A stretch of DNA of 64,000 bases from Victivallaceae bacterium (GCA_045635745.1 JAZTWG010000053.1:8883-72882); one strand, 5' to 3'; positions 9,185-18,665 are shown, counted from the stretch's first letter. Made by a program: numbers and translations. Notes: a model not told the origin generated them from the letters alone.

Positions 9185-10000
9185 TTATTGGCGCATCGCC
9201 ACCTGCAGGCGGTAATAACTGCCGTTCAAGGCATTGATCAATGTTTCAGAAATTTCCCGCGGGTCGAAAAAACGCCCCAGGAATATGTCGCAGTAGAGCG
9301 CTTTGCGATCCAGACTGTATCTGCCGGTGATGGTGCCCGCATCCAGTATTTGAGTAAAACGCAGTCCTTTGCCGCGTTCGGGATCGTGAAAATCGGCACA
9401 GCAGTTGGAACTGCATGGTTCGGTATGCAGAGCTTTGCTCAATTCATTGAGCACGCTGCAGATGTTGCCGGGAGTGAGATTTTCTTCCGGACAATCGTAT
9501 ACATCGATACTCGCAAGCATCCCCCAGGCGTTGCTTTTTTCGTAACGCATCTGCCAGCTCAAGACTCCATCGGCATTTTTGCCGGAGGATTTTTCATGCA
9601 ATACATTGCCATCCTGCCCGATGATACCGCGGCTCAGGGTGTTGCTTATGACCATGGAATGGGATTTGAGCCGGTCGCGGAGCGTTTCTGCCGCCAGATC
9701 AAAGTTGATCTGATCGCCGCAAGTGAAAATATCTACTGCGGCGTAATCATATTCCGGCCAGGCATGAACCGCAAAGTGGGATTCGCAAATGACCACGATG
9801 CCGCTGACTCCCTGCGGATCGAAAGCATGAAAACTTGATTCCAGAACAGTTGCCCCGCTGATTTTTGCAGATTCTACAAAGATATTCTGCATCAGTTGCG
9901 AGTCGGCAAGGGTCTGTGCATCGCAGTCGTAGTACTCGATCGTCAAATGACGCCCCAGAGCAAGGGCCTGAAAAGATATCGGTTGTTTCTGCGGAGTCAT
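9185..10000 (-). CDS. speD: S-adenosylmethionine decarboxylase proenzyme (Bacillus-type SpeD/SpeH fold) fused to a second, degenerate copy of the fold
   Basis: N-terminal half GRHLTIEYYDCD...PQGVSGIVVICESHFAVHAWPEYDYAAVDIFTCGD matches class-1 AdoMetDC, including the Glu-Ser self-processing site. Residues ~150-271 repeat the pattern (IDVYDCPEE...YCDIFLGRFFD) without the ES site. It lies directly upstream of speE. Confidence 0.75.
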   Translation of the reverse strand: MTPQKQPISFQALALGRHLTIEYYDCDAQTLADSQLMQNIFVESAKISGATVLESSFHAFDPQGVSGIVVICESHFAVHAWPEYDYAAVDIFTCGDQINFDLAAETLRDRLKSHSMVISNTLSRGIIGQDGNVLHEKSSGKNADGVLSWQMRYEKSNAWGMLASIDVYDCPEENLTPGNICSVLNELSKALHTEPCSSNCCADFHDPERGKGLRFTQILDAGTITGRYSLDRKALYCDIFLGRFFDPREISETLINALNGSYYRLQVAMRQ

Positions 10001-10022
10001 TTGAAGCGGTCATTTCCTGTTT

Positions 10023-11681
10023 TTATTCGGCAACAGCCTGCGCCTGGGCGGCCTGTGCATATTTTTTGCAATGCTTGGAAATGTAGCTGCTGTATTCCAT
10101 CTGCGCCATGGAGCGCTTGTAGTTGAGGAACATGCCTTCCAGCATCGGGTCAGGAGTATAAGCCTTGGCGGGCATCTTGCGCGATACCAGGATCATCACC
10201 TGGGTGCCGGTCGGGGTCTGTACGGGTTCAGCAATTTCTCCGGGCAGCAGATTGGCTGCGGCACCGGCGGCAAAACCCAGCTCGGGCGAACCGCTCATGA
10301 GAGTGAACTTTTTGGCCGCGGTGAACTTGGGTGCTTTCATGGCTTTGACACGGGCCACGCGGTTGGCTGCGGGAAGAGCATTGAGTTTGGCAATGACTTC
10401 GGCGGCGCGTTCGCGGGCAATGCGGGTGGCTTCAGCTTTTATGAAATCGGCAGTTACCTGCGCTTTGACTTCCTTGAGTTCAGCGTTGCGGCTGGGGACG
10501 AGTTTAGTTACATAACCGACATAAGCTGCATCCTTACCGGGCACGGCATTGGAGAGCGGTACATCGGCGAACACACCGGCCAGTTCGCTGACCAGTTCGG
10601 GAGAGTTGATCTTGCCGGCACTCTTGCTGTCGGCAGCAAAAACACCAGTATCTTTAGCCGCAAGTTTGGCTGCAGCAAGCTGTTTTTTGAAGGTGTTCAG
10701 CCGCTGTTCGGCCGGCACATTGCCCACAGTTTCGTAAGCGGTGACACCAAACTGCTGCGCGGCATTGACCGCCAGCTCTTTGGCGGCAGCGGCGATCGCC
10801 GAAGAACGCACCTGATTTTTCACTTTATCAAACTCCGGAGTTTCCACTTTGCCGTCTTTGACTGTGGAGAAAAGCTGTTTGTTCTGCTCAAAGAATGCTT
10901 TTATTTGGGGATCTTTGACGTTTTTGATCGCCTGTGAGCGGTATTTGTTGTAAGGAAATTCCACGACCAGCGCGCGAACTTTGGCGGGGATGATGTATTT
11001 GGCGCGGTTGGCATTGAAATAGGTGTTCAGAGCTTCGGGGGTGACTTTGACCGTTTTTTCAAAGTCAGCGGAGGCAAAAACGCCGGAAAGCACTTCAAAC
11101 TCTTCGTTGAGCATGTTGTAGAAAAGTTTGAGTTCGTCCGGAGTTACTGTAACTGCGGCGGCCTGTGCATCCTGGAATTTGGCCAGCGTAAGATACTGGC
11201 GGGCGGCATTGTTGAGATCTTCTTCGGTAAAGCCTTCGTTGGCAAGGTAGTTGTTCACAAAGTTGCGGTAGGCTTCGGCGTTGAATTTGCCGTTTTCACC
11301 CCTGAAACTGTTGCGGAGAAAGCGGCCGATCTCTTCATCGGAAACAATGATTTTTGCTTGTTTGGCGGCGGCCAGATTGGCCAGATTGTAGAAACTCTGA
11401 TTTTCCAGCTGATCACGCAGCGACTGGTTGATGGGTATATTCATGAATACCTGCATGGCGAGCATATCCAGCCGGATCTGTTCGCTCAATTCGGTGTAGG
11501 TGACTTTTTTGCCGAAGATCTCTCCGACGGTGTTGCTTCTGCCATTGCCGCGGAAAGCATCTACAATACCGGTCCCGGGGGTCAGAAAGTCGGTGAATGC
11601 AATGATGATGATTACCGAAAACACCCCGAAAATGATCCGGTGGTGTTTGGCAAAGACGGTGTTCAGCTTGGAAATAGCCAT
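10023..11681 (-). CDS. PpiD/SurA-like periplasmic chaperone (membrane-anchored, SurA N-terminal-type domain)
   Basis: N-terminal anchor HHRIIFGVFSVIIIIAFTDF, then a long helical chaperone-like region and a C-terminal parvulin-like segment. ATG at 11681 is preceded by GGAGAAG. The 26-codon upstream extension in the track is rejected. Confidence 0.65.
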   Translation of the reverse strand: MAISKLNTVFAKHHRIIFGVFSVIIIIAFTDFLTPGTGIVDAFRGNGRSNTVGEIFGKKVTYTELSEQIRLDMLAMQVFMNIPINQSLRDQLENQSFYNLANLAAAKQAKIIVSDEEIGRFLRNSFRGENGKFNAEAYRNFVNNYLANEGFTEEDLNNAARQYLTLAKFQDAQAAAVTVTPDELKLFYNMLNEEFEVLSGVFASADFEKTVKVTPEALNTYFNANRAKYIIPAKVRALVVEFPYNKYRSQAIKNVKDPQIKAFFEQNKQLFSTVKDGKVETPEFDKVKNQVRSSAIAAAAKELAVNAAQQFGVTAYETVGNVPAEQRLNTFKKQLAAAKLAAKDTGVFAADSKSAGKINSPELVSELAGVFADVPLSNAVPGKDAAYVGYVTKLVPSRNAELKEVKAQVTADFIKAEATRIARERAAEVIAKLNALPAANRVARVKAMKAPKFTAAKKFTLMSGSPELGFAAGAAANLLPGEIAEPVQTPTGTQVMILVSRKMPAKAYTPDPMLEGMFLNYKRSMAQMEYSSYISKHCKKYAQAAQAQAVAE

Positions 11682-11904
11682 TTGATCTTCTCCATTTTTT
11701 GTTTTATATTTTTGTTTTTTTTTACTGAAAATCAACTCAAAAACCACGTGTAAAAACACTGGTTGAATATTAAAATAGCTCTATTATATAAAATATGCAA
11801 TCAAAAAAGAGTTTTTTTTGCATTTTTCTTGCCTGTGATCTTTAACGGCAGGAGTATAAACTGCCGCTGAAGGTATTGCCGGGGGAGAGTGGAATGGGCG
11901 TTTG

Positions 11905-12771
11905 TTACACCAGGATCACCCGCGGAGCTGCCGCTTTTTTCAGGTTAACTAAAATTTCATCCGGCACTGCAAGGGTTCCGTGCCCGGAGCCCAGCCGGGT
12001 CTGCGGATGGACTTCACCGTGAAAATCCGAGCCGCCCGAACAGAATAGATTGTATTCTTTTGCCATACGCAGCGCGGTAGCGGTTTGGGTGGGGGTATAT
12101 TCCGTATAGTATGTTTCCAGCGCATCCAGACCGGCAAATTTCAATTCTTTTATGGTGCGGGAAATAAAATTATTTTCGTTGCGTTTTGAGTGGAAAGGAT
12201 GGGCCCAAACCGCCACTCCGCCGGCAGATTTTATTGCTTTGATCGCCTCTTCCGGCCCCGGCAGATTGCGGGGGACAAATCCGGCACCGCCATATTTCAG
12301 CAACTGTTCGAACACGCTTCGGATATCCGGAAAATTGTATTTTTCTGCCAATACCCGGGCAAAGTGCGGACGCCCGGGGACATCCTGCTGCATGCCGATA
12401 GATGCAAGTTCTTCATCGGTAATGGTATAGCCTGAGGATGCGAGCTTTTCCTGCATGGCTTTTGCCCGGGTGATTCTTTCCTGCCGCATGTTGTACATGA
12501 AATTCTGCAATACGGCATTATCCGGATCGATGAAAAGCCCCACGATATGTATTTCCCGAACTCCGATACGGCTGGAAAGTTCCACGCCGGCGATCAGTTC
12601 CACATCGGGAAAACGTTCCTGACAGGCCAGAAAATCTTTCAATCCGCCGGTAGTGTCATGATCGGTCAACGCTATGGCGTTCAATCCGGCCGCCGCCGCC
12701 ATGGCCGGCAATTCACCGGCCGGTACCGTGCCGTCGGAAGATGTGCTGTGAACATGTAAGTCTATTGCCAA
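11905..12771 (-). CDS. PHP-domain phosphoesterase (TrpH/YciV-like)
   Basis: MAIDLHVHSTSSDGT...IALTDHDT...GGSDFHG metal-binding motifs of the PHP family. Confidence 0.8.
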   Translation of the reverse strand: MAIDLHVHSTSSDGTVPAGELPAMAAAAGLNAIALTDHDTTGGLKDFLACQERFPDVELIAGVELSSRIGVREIHIVGLFIDPDNAVLQNFMYNMRQERITRAKAMQEKLASSGYTITDEELASIGMQQDVPGRPHFARVLAEKYNFPDIRSVFEQLLKYGGAGFVPRNLPGPEEAIKAIKSAGGVAVWAHPFHSKRNENNFISRTIKELKFAGLDALETYYTEYTPTQTATALRMAKEYNLFCSGGSDFHGEVHPQTRLGSGHGTLAVPDEILVNLKKAAAPRVILV

Positions 12772-12841
12772 AATGGAACCTCGTTTCAGTTGAAATGTCT
12801 TAATTTAATACGCAAAGTTGGTAAATGCAAGATAAACTGCC

Positions 12842-12869
12842 TTGAAAAAATCCAATATTGTGCTATCTT
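12842..12869 (+). promoter_or_regulatory. putative extended -10 promoter (TTGAAA-16-TGcTATCTT)
   Basis: -35 TTGAAA at 12842..12847 and TGc-TATCTT at 12861..12869, upstream of the DksA/TraR-family gene. Confidence 0.4.
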
Positions 12870-12924
12870 ATAAGGATGTGAGGTTTAGGTATTAAAAAAC
12901 AACATGGGGAAAGGAACTTGAAAA

Positions 12925-13341
12925 ATGCCCAGAGCACCGAAAATCAAAAGTATTACTGCCAAACTGACTCCCGAGCAGAAAAAACACTACGACAATCTGA
13001 TGGCTGCCCGCGATGCAGTTATGGGCCGTGTGCGCTCCTATGCGGAAGATGCTCTCGATTGCAGCAATGCCGATAAGCGCGGTGTAACCACTCACATGGC
13101 CGATATGGGGTCGGACAGCAGCCGTCATGAAATGGGTTTGCAGCTTATGAGTGAAGAAGGCGATGTGCTGGAACTTATCGAAGAAGCCATCGAGCGCCTG
13201 GTGGAAAACAAGAACTACGGCATCTGTCAGGATTGCGGCGAAGCCATTCCGCCGGCACGTCTGGAAGTGCGCCCCTATGCAATCTATTGCACCAAGTGCA
13301 AATCCATACGCGAAAAGAACGGCGGCAACCGTTTGCGGTGA
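12925..13341 (+). CDS. DksA/TraR-family C4 zinc-finger protein
   Basis: C-terminal CQDCGEAIPPARLEVRPYAIYCTKC four-Cys finger after a helical region. AAGGAA RBS. Confidence 0.75.
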   Translation: MPRAPKIKSITAKLTPEQKKHYDNLMAARDAVMGRVRSYAEDALDCSNADKRGVTTHMADMGSDSSRHEMGLQLMSEEGDVLELIEEAIERLVENKNYGICQDCGEAIPPARLEVRPYAIYCTKCKSIREKNGGNRLR

Positions 13342-13377
13342 TCTGCGGCCGGGTCAAAAGGGGATCTTTCTGCAATC

Positions 13378-13914
13378 ATGACAAAACACCGCAAGATAGA
13401 GCCGCGCTCGAACGAAGAAGTGCGGCTGCTGATGCTGTCATCCGGTATAGCGTTTTTTCTGCTGATAATTGACCAGATCACCAAACTTATGGTCGAACAG
13501 CGGATGCGCCTGGGGCAATCCATTGAGATAATCAAAGGTTTTTTTTCGCTGACTTTTGTTACCAACAAAGGTGCGGCGTGGGGGATGTTCCACGGATACG
13601 GCATGATATTGTTTTTTATCGGCATAGCGGTAATGGCCGCCGCAATATATTTTTTGCGTAAGCTCTGCGACGGCTACCGCGAACGCTATATTGCCATACT
13701 TGCGGTGCTTTCCGGAGTGGCAGGCAATTCCATTGACCGTGTCTGGCGCGGTGAAGTGGTGGATTTTCTGGATTGCTACATAAAAAATCATCATTGGCCC
13801 GCATTCAATATTGCCGACTGCGCCATTTGCGTCGGCATATTCATTTACATGGTTTCGGTGCTGTTGCGTCCGGCGCCGGAAGCTGAAAATAAAGATGCCG
13901 TCGATGCTGCCTGA
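13378..13914 (+). CDS. lspA: lipoprotein signal peptidase (signal peptidase II)
   Basis: FVTNKGAAWGMF, GNSIDR and WPAFNIADCAICVG motifs. Four hydrophobic segments. Confidence 0.9.
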   Translation: MTKHRKIEPRSNEEVRLLMLSSGIAFFLLIIDQITKLMVEQRMRLGQSIEIIKGFFSLTFVTNKGAAWGMFHGYGMILFFIGIAVMAAAIYFLRKLCDGYRERYIAILAVLSGVAGNSIDRVWRGEVVDFLDCYIKNHHWPAFNIADCAICVGIFIYMVSVLLRPAPEAENKDAVDAA

Positions 13915-14794
13915 ACTTTCTGAAATCCCGCTGAAAGTCATTGCCGGACCTACCGCCAGCGGCAAAAGTGCTCTGGCGCTGGAAATGGCTGAAAAATGCA
14001 ATGGCGAGATCGTTTCCATTGACTCCATGCAGCTCTACCGGCTGATACCCATTGGTACCGCTCAACCCGATGCCGATGATCTGGCGAGGGTGCCGCATCA
14101 TCTGGTGGGTATTTACGAATTTGAACAGCGTGCCGAAGTCTACACTTTTGTCGAAATGGCAGAAAAAGTTATCCGCGAAATCGCCGGTCGCGGCCGGGTG
14201 CCGGTTTTATGCGGCGGCACCGGGCTTTATCTGAAAAGTCTGCTGTACGGCCTTGATCAGCTCCCCGGCGATGATGATTTGAAAAAGAGTCTGGATCTGG
14301 AGTATGATGATCCGGCGCAGCTTGCTGCTTTGCAGGCGCGTCTGAATGCTCTGGGTGATGCTGCGGTGGTGGAAAAATTCACCAATAACCGCCGCCGGCT
14401 GATCCGGGCGCTGGAGATCCGGCTGCTGACCGGAAGATCGATTTTTGAGTTGCAGGGCGAGTACAAGATGCAGCTGCGTTTTAAGCTTTCTGAAGCATTC
14501 CATCTGGTGCACGACCGTTCCGTATTGCAGGAGCGTATTGCCAAACGCACCGCGCTGATGCTGAAAAACGGCTGGATCGAAGAAGCGGAAAATGCCATAA
14601 AACATGGATTGCTTGCCAGCCCCACCGCGCATCAGGCGCTGGGGTACAAGATCATAAATCGCTATCTGCAAGGCGAAATCGACTTCAATGAACTGGAAAA
14701 ACTCATCGTTACCGCCACCTGGCAGTATGCCCGGCGGCAGCAGACATGGTTTCGGCATCAGCATCCGGAATTGGCGGTAAAAGTTATGAGCTGA
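13895..14794 (+). CDS. miaA: tRNA dimethylallyltransferase
   Basis: P-loop IAGPTASGKSALALEMA, SIDSMQLYR, and C-terminal YARRQQTWFR. The start is ambiguous between ATG 13895 and ATG 13904, and both overlap the lspA 3' end. The track start at 13811 is rejected. Confidence 0.9.
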   Translation: MPSMLPELSEIPLKVIAGPTASGKSALALEMAEKCNGEIVSIDSMQLYRLIPIGTAQPDADDLARVPHHLVGIYEFEQRAEVYTFVEMAEKVIREIAGRGRVPVLCGGTGLYLKSLLYGLDQLPGDDDLKKSLDLEYDDPAQLAALQARLNALGDAAVVEKFTNNRRRLIRALEIRLLTGRSIFELQGEYKMQLRFKLSEAFHLVHDRSVLQERIAKRTALMLKNGWIEEAENAIKHGLLASPTAHQALGYKIINRYLQGEIDFNELEKLIVTATWQYARRQQTWFRHQHPELAVKVMS

Positions 14795-14813
14795 TTGCAC
14801 TCAGGATCGGATA

Positions 14814-16082
14814 TCAGGCAAGTTTCAGCACATCTATCAAACTCAAATTGGTGTGATATCCCGGGTCAAGGTCAGGAACCGCCGGGATCACCCGCACTGC
14901 GTTGCCGTATTTGTCGCAAGTCTGATAAGCAAAATAGTGCTGCGCGGGATTGACAAAGTAATCTTTGAATGCCGCGGTACACTCGCGGATGATTTGCGTA
15001 TTATCCACATTGCAGAATTTTTCCATCAGCGCGGCGGCGCGGATCGTTTCTGGCAGACTCCACCACGGCATATCCGAATTTATCACTTTATCGCTCAAAA
15101 GGTCGTAGGACTTGATGATTCCGCCTGCCGGCAGCTGTCTGCCGGTGGCGTAATGCCATGCAAAGAATTTTTTATAGATGCTGCGGCATTTTTTCAGAAA
15201 TTCGCGGTCTTCTGTGCGGTTGAATTTTTCCATAGTCAGAAGAAATTTCATGGAAAGCCCCACAAATTCCAGTGCATGTCCCGGATCGCACAACTGCCCG
15301 TTGCTGTCTATATAAGGTGTGTTTTCCGGCGTAACGGCCTCAAAGAATTTTACTTTGTCGCCATCGTAAATGGTGTGCAGTTCAAGCAAGCGTTCGATAA
15401 AGCTTCTGCCGTAATTCAGGAATACTTCATCCCGGGTCAAATCGGCGGCAAATGCTATGCCGCCAAGCGCGATCATAAACGGCCCCTGCAATATCTTGCC
15501 GGGTACTGCCGTTACCGGGTTTTTGGGATCAAAAGCCTGTTGGTCAGTAACGAATTCGAGGTTTTGGATCGCATCGAGTGTCTTTCGCAAATAAGCCAAT
15601 GATGTTTCTAAAAGAGTTTTATCTTCCAGCGCTGCTGCCGCTGCTACCAACCCTTTGCTGTAAAAGAGATCGCTGTAATTGGCCTTACCTGCCGGCGGCT
15701 CCCGGCGTATGCTCAAATCTCCGTTCAGAAATTCTCCGGTGGGCGAAAACATGAAAAACATTCTGCCGTTGTTCTGCAAACGCACTTTTTCCATATTTTC
15801 CACTACGCGTTTCAGCAGATCCGGCACTTGAGTTTTTTCGCCGAATCCGGCGCGCAGATGGCACGCAAGTGATTCGGCTCCACGCCCTTGGATCCAGCTG
15901 TAAACAACATCCTGACTGCGGAATTTCAAGTCTTCGGAGTCGGCGATGGTATAATCCCGGCCGTCTATTACATCGAACTTGGTGTTGATGTAATTTCCAT
16001 TACGGCTGCGTTCGAGCATAAAACTGAAACTTTCCGAAATAACTTTCCGGAAAAAATCCAACTCCGTTGATCCACTTGGCAT
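14814..16082 (-). CDS. AGE-family (N-acylglucosamine 2-epimerase-like) six-hairpin (alpha/alpha)6 protein
   Basis: Length and periodic aromatic/Gly helical-hairpin pattern, plus a DPGHALEF segment reminiscent of AGE/cellobiose-epimerase catalytic His regions. The assignment is from memory of the family, not from a search. Confidence 0.45.
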   Translation of the reverse strand: MPSGSTELDFFRKVISESFSFMLERSRNGNYINTKFDVIDGRDYTIADSEDLKFRSQDVVYSWIQGRGAESLACHLRAGFGEKTQVPDLLKRVVENMEKVRLQNNGRMFFMFSPTGEFLNGDLSIRREPPAGKANYSDLFYSKGLVAAAAALEDKTLLETSLAYLRKTLDAIQNLEFVTDQQAFDPKNPVTAVPGKILQGPFMIALGGIAFAADLTRDEVFLNYGRSFIERLLELHTIYDGDKVKFFEAVTPENTPYIDSNGQLCDPGHALEFVGLSMKFLLTMEKFNRTEDREFLKKCRSIYKKFFAWHYATGRQLPAGGIIKSYDLLSDKVINSDMPWWSLPETIRAAALMEKFCNVDNTQIIRECTAAFKDYFVNPAQHYFAYQTCDKYGNAVRVIPAVPDLDPGYHTNLSLIDVLKLA

Positions 16083-16099
16083 AATTTATACCCTTAAAT

Positions 16100-16603
16100 T
16101 CAATCTTCCAGCGCCCGCACTTTCACCCCGGCTTCTGCCAGCAGGCGCATGGAGGTCGAATCGATGCTGTAACGCTGTTTGTATACTACTTCTTTGATTC
16201 CGGCATTGATGATCATTTTGGAGCAGAGCAGGCAGGGACTGTAAGTGGTATAGATCGTTGCCCCGGCTACTGCAATACCGTGATATGCGGCCTGTACGAT
16301 GCTGTTCTCTTCGGCGTGACTGCACAAACATTCGGTCAGACCTTCGCCGGAAGGTATATTGCTGTTGCAGCGCGGGCAGCCGCCTTCGTTGCAGTTTTTG
16401 ATTCCGCGCGGTGTGCCGTTGTATCCGGTCGAAATAATACGTTTATCGCGCACCAGTACCGCTGCCACATGGCGGCGGCTGCAGTTGCTCCGGCTGGCGG
16501 CAACTTCGGCAATACTCATAAAATAGTGATCCCAATCCGGACGTTCTGTTTTGACCGCTGCTGTTTTTGCTGTTTCATCCCCGCAATTACTGCACATAAT
16601 CAA
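16100..16603 (-). CDS. dCMP deaminase (ComEB-type)
   Basis: Zinc motifs CSHAEENS and YSPCLLCSKMIINAGI, and TGYNGTPRG. N-terminal extension with CSNC. Confidence 0.85.
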   Translation of the reverse strand: MIMCSNCGDETAKTAAVKTERPDWDHYFMSIAEVAASRSNCSRRHVAAVLVRDKRIISTGYNGTPRGIKNCNEGGCPRCNSNIPSGEGLTECLCSHAEENSIVQAAYHGIAVAGATIYTTYSPCLLCSKMIINAGIKEVVYKQRYSIDSTSMRLLAEAGVKVRALED

Positions 16604-17249
16604 CCCTCCAGCTGTAACTGTTGTTTCTGTGATCTGTTAACTTTATTTCATCATTATTCTGCAATGCACCCACCCCTTGCGGCGTGCCGCTGAAAATCAA
16701 ATCTCCGCTCTGAAGTTCCCAGTATCTGGAGATTTCCACAATCAATCTTTTTACCGGATAGATCATGTCTTTGCTGTTGCCCTGCTGGCGTATTTCGCCA
16801 TTTATGATTCCGCAGAATGTCAATCCGTCGAGTTTATCCACGACCGGGTCAAATTTATGCAGAGTCCCCAGCGGAGCTGATTTTTCAAATGCTTTGCTGC
16901 ACTCCCACGGCAGCGCTTTGGCCCGCAATTCCTTTTGCAATGTCCGCAGGGTCAGATCGCAGCCGATCCCGATAGCACCGATGAAGTTTTCCGCTTCCGC
17001 TTCATTCCGGGCCTTACCAGCTTTGCCGATCATAAAGACCAATTCTGTCTCGTAATCGAACTGCCCCTTGTAACCATCCGGCGGCGAAAGTATTTCTCCC
17101 GGCTTTACCAGCGATTCTGCCGGTTTCATAAATATCACCGGCGGAATTTCTTCAAAACCATGCAGTTCGCGAACATGTTCCGCATAATTGCACCCGATGC
17201 AGAATACCCGGGCTGCTGTGTGTTTTACTCCGTCAACATCGATAAACAT
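16587..17249 (-). CDS. fumarylacetoacetate hydrolase (FAH)-family protein
   Basis: FCIGCNYAEH..., DYETELVFMIGK, and SGTPQGVG motifs. Confidence 0.8.
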   Translation of the reverse strand: MFIDVDGVKHTAARVFCIGCNYAEHVRELHGFEEIPPVIFMKPAESLVKPGEILSPPDGYKGQFDYETELVFMIGKAGKARNEAEAENFIGAIGIGCDLTLRTLQKELRAKALPWECSKAFEKSAPLGTLHKFDPVVDKLDGLTFCGIINGEIRQQGNSKDMIYPVKRLIVEISRYWELQSGDLIFSGTPQGVGALQNNDEIKLTDHRNNSYSWRVDYVQ

Positions 17250-17323
17250 GCTTTTTTACCATTTTTGCATTTGTTTTTATTCATCTTGCACATTATCTTA
17301 TAACATAACATAAAACGGAGTTA

Positions 17324-17968
17324 TTGCAAGTGGATAAACTTATTGATTTGGCAGAGATTTTCATAAAAAATAAACTTTGTATTCATCTTTCTGACGGACA
17401 TGACTTTGATCACACCTGTCGGGTCGTTAATCATGCCCTTGATCTGTGCGATGAAATTCCCGGAGCCGACCGCATGATCGTGCATCTGGCCGCGCTTTTG
17501 CACGATGTGGCACGGCCGCAGGAATTTCAAAGTCAGGGCAGAATCGATCACGCCATTGCCGGCGCTGAAATCGCCCGCGATTTCCTCCGCGAACACACTT
17601 CCGGCGAAATCGCCGACCGGGTAGCGGAGGCCATTGCCCAGCACCGTTTCCGCTCCGGCAATAAACCTTCTTCTCTCGAAGCCGAAATCCTTTATGATGC
17701 CGATAAACTTGACAGTCTCGGCGCTGTCGGTATTGCACGCGCTTTTATGTTTGCCTCGCAAACCGGTGCCAAACTCCATAACTCCCGCGAAGAGGCTTTG
17801 GCGAATCCGCCTTACAGCAAGCATGATACTGCTTATCGCGAATATCTGGTCAAGCTTTCGCTGCTGCCGGAAAAAATGCTTACCGCTCCCGGAAAACTGC
17901 GTGCGGAAAAACTCTACGGTTTCATGGAAATATTTTTTGATCAGTTAAATTCAGAAATTTTTCGCTGA
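17324..17968 (+). CDS. HD-domain phosphohydrolase
   Basis: H..HTCRV...LAALLHDVARP...YDADKLDSLGAVGIARAF. TTG start at 17324 lies 7 nt after GGAG, and no in-frame ATG is nearby. Confidence 0.75.
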   Translation: MQVDKLIDLAEIFIKNKLCIHLSDGHDFDHTCRVVNHALDLCDEIPGADRMIVHLAALLHDVARPQEFQSQGRIDHAIAGAEIARDFLREHTSGEIADRVAEAIAQHRFRSGNKPSSLEAEILYDADKLDSLGAVGIARAFMFASQTGAKLHNSREEALANPPYSKHDTAYREYLVKLSLLPEKMLTAPGKLRAEKLYGFMEIFFDQLNSEIFR

Positions 17969-18022
17969 ATATTTGCAAACATACACTTTTGGCTGTATTG
18001 TATAGTATCATCTTTCAAAGGT

Positions 18023-18098
18023 GCCAGCTTAGCTCAGTTGGTAGAGCAGTTGACTTGTAATCACCAGGTCGCCGGTTCGACTCCGGCAGCTGGCTCCA
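18023..18098 (+). tRNA. tRNA-Thr (anticodon UGU), CCA encoded
   Basis: Hand-folded cloverleaf. Acceptor stem GCCAGCT/AGCTGGC. D arm GCTC-AGTTGGTA-GAGC. Anticodon arm GTTGA-CTTGTAA-TCACC (one mismatch). T arm GCCGG-TTCGACT-CCGGC. Discriminator T plus CCA, followed by a T9 run. Confidence 0.9.
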
Positions 18099-18576
18099 TT
18101 TTTTTTTTGCTTCGTCTTGCGGCAAATTTCGAGCCTTGCCGCTTCGCATCCTGCAGTCACATACGTGGGTATGTTCCTTTGTCTGCTCATTGCAAAACTC
18201 GAAATTTGCTCGCAATACTTCGCAAAAACGGCTGGCGGACGTTTTTTGAAGGCTGGCTGTAGTGTGGGCGACCGGGCGATGCCCGGCATGCGGACTCGCT
18301 ACGCTTGCCGCACATCTGAATACGTTATGGCAGACCGGCGGCGTTGCCGCCGCCGCTTGCTTTGCTCGCGGCGTGGCGTTCGCTTTGCTCCCGCCGGTAC
18401 TCTCGGGCGGTTTTCCCGCCCATTGCTTGCTTGAGAACATTGCGCCATTTCGCATCGTTTGTGTCCGTTTTGGTCAGTTTTCATCAGTTTTTACCTGCTT
18501 GCTGCATGGCGGGGCGGATTTTGGGTGTTTTTTTACAAAAAAATCCTTATTTTATCTTAAAAACTATGTTTTTAAT

Positions 18577-18605
18577 TTGAGAAAATCTGCTTGTGGGTGT
18601 ATATT
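18577..18605 (+). promoter_or_regulatory. putative sigma70-type promoter (TTGAGA-17-TATATT) for gyrA
   Basis: -35 at 18577..18582 and -10 at 18600..18605, about 60 nt upstream of the gyrA ATG. Confidence 0.4.
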
Positions 18606-18665
18606 GACTCTATGTATAATTTAAATAACATAAGGATAACTTTTTAAAATTTCAATGGTGAACGC

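Noticed and set aside
2082-9838. Long plus-strand ORFs opposite minus-strand genes (2082..3119 vs LacI-family gene, 5953..7098 vs accA, 8585..9838 vs speE/speD) and 3129..4052 minus vs GH4
   Set aside because: They are antisense shadows. In each case the opposite strand encodes a protein with clear family motifs.
13811-13894. N-terminal extension of the miaA ORF (track start 13811), and similar upstream TTG/GTG starts for the LacI-family gene, accA, the PpiD-like, MFS, LOG, LptF/G-like and phosphoesterase genes
   Set aside because: The extensions overlap the preceding gene or lack an RBS. Internal ATGs with GGAG-type RBSs coincide with the start of family homology or of the signal peptide.
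18015-18455. 146-aa minus-strand ORF and other small ORFs across the tRNA-Thr gene and its downstream spacer
   Set aside because: It overlaps a well-folding tRNA. The products are Ala/Arg/Pro-rich, as expected from GC-rich non-coding DNA, and there is no RBS.
18023-18665. Integrated mobile element at the tRNA-Thr 3' end
   Set aside because: No integrase or other mobile-element gene follows (gyrA is next). I saw no direct repeat of the tRNA 3' end anywhere nearby. At most it is an old scar, and the region is reported only as an unexplained structured spacer.
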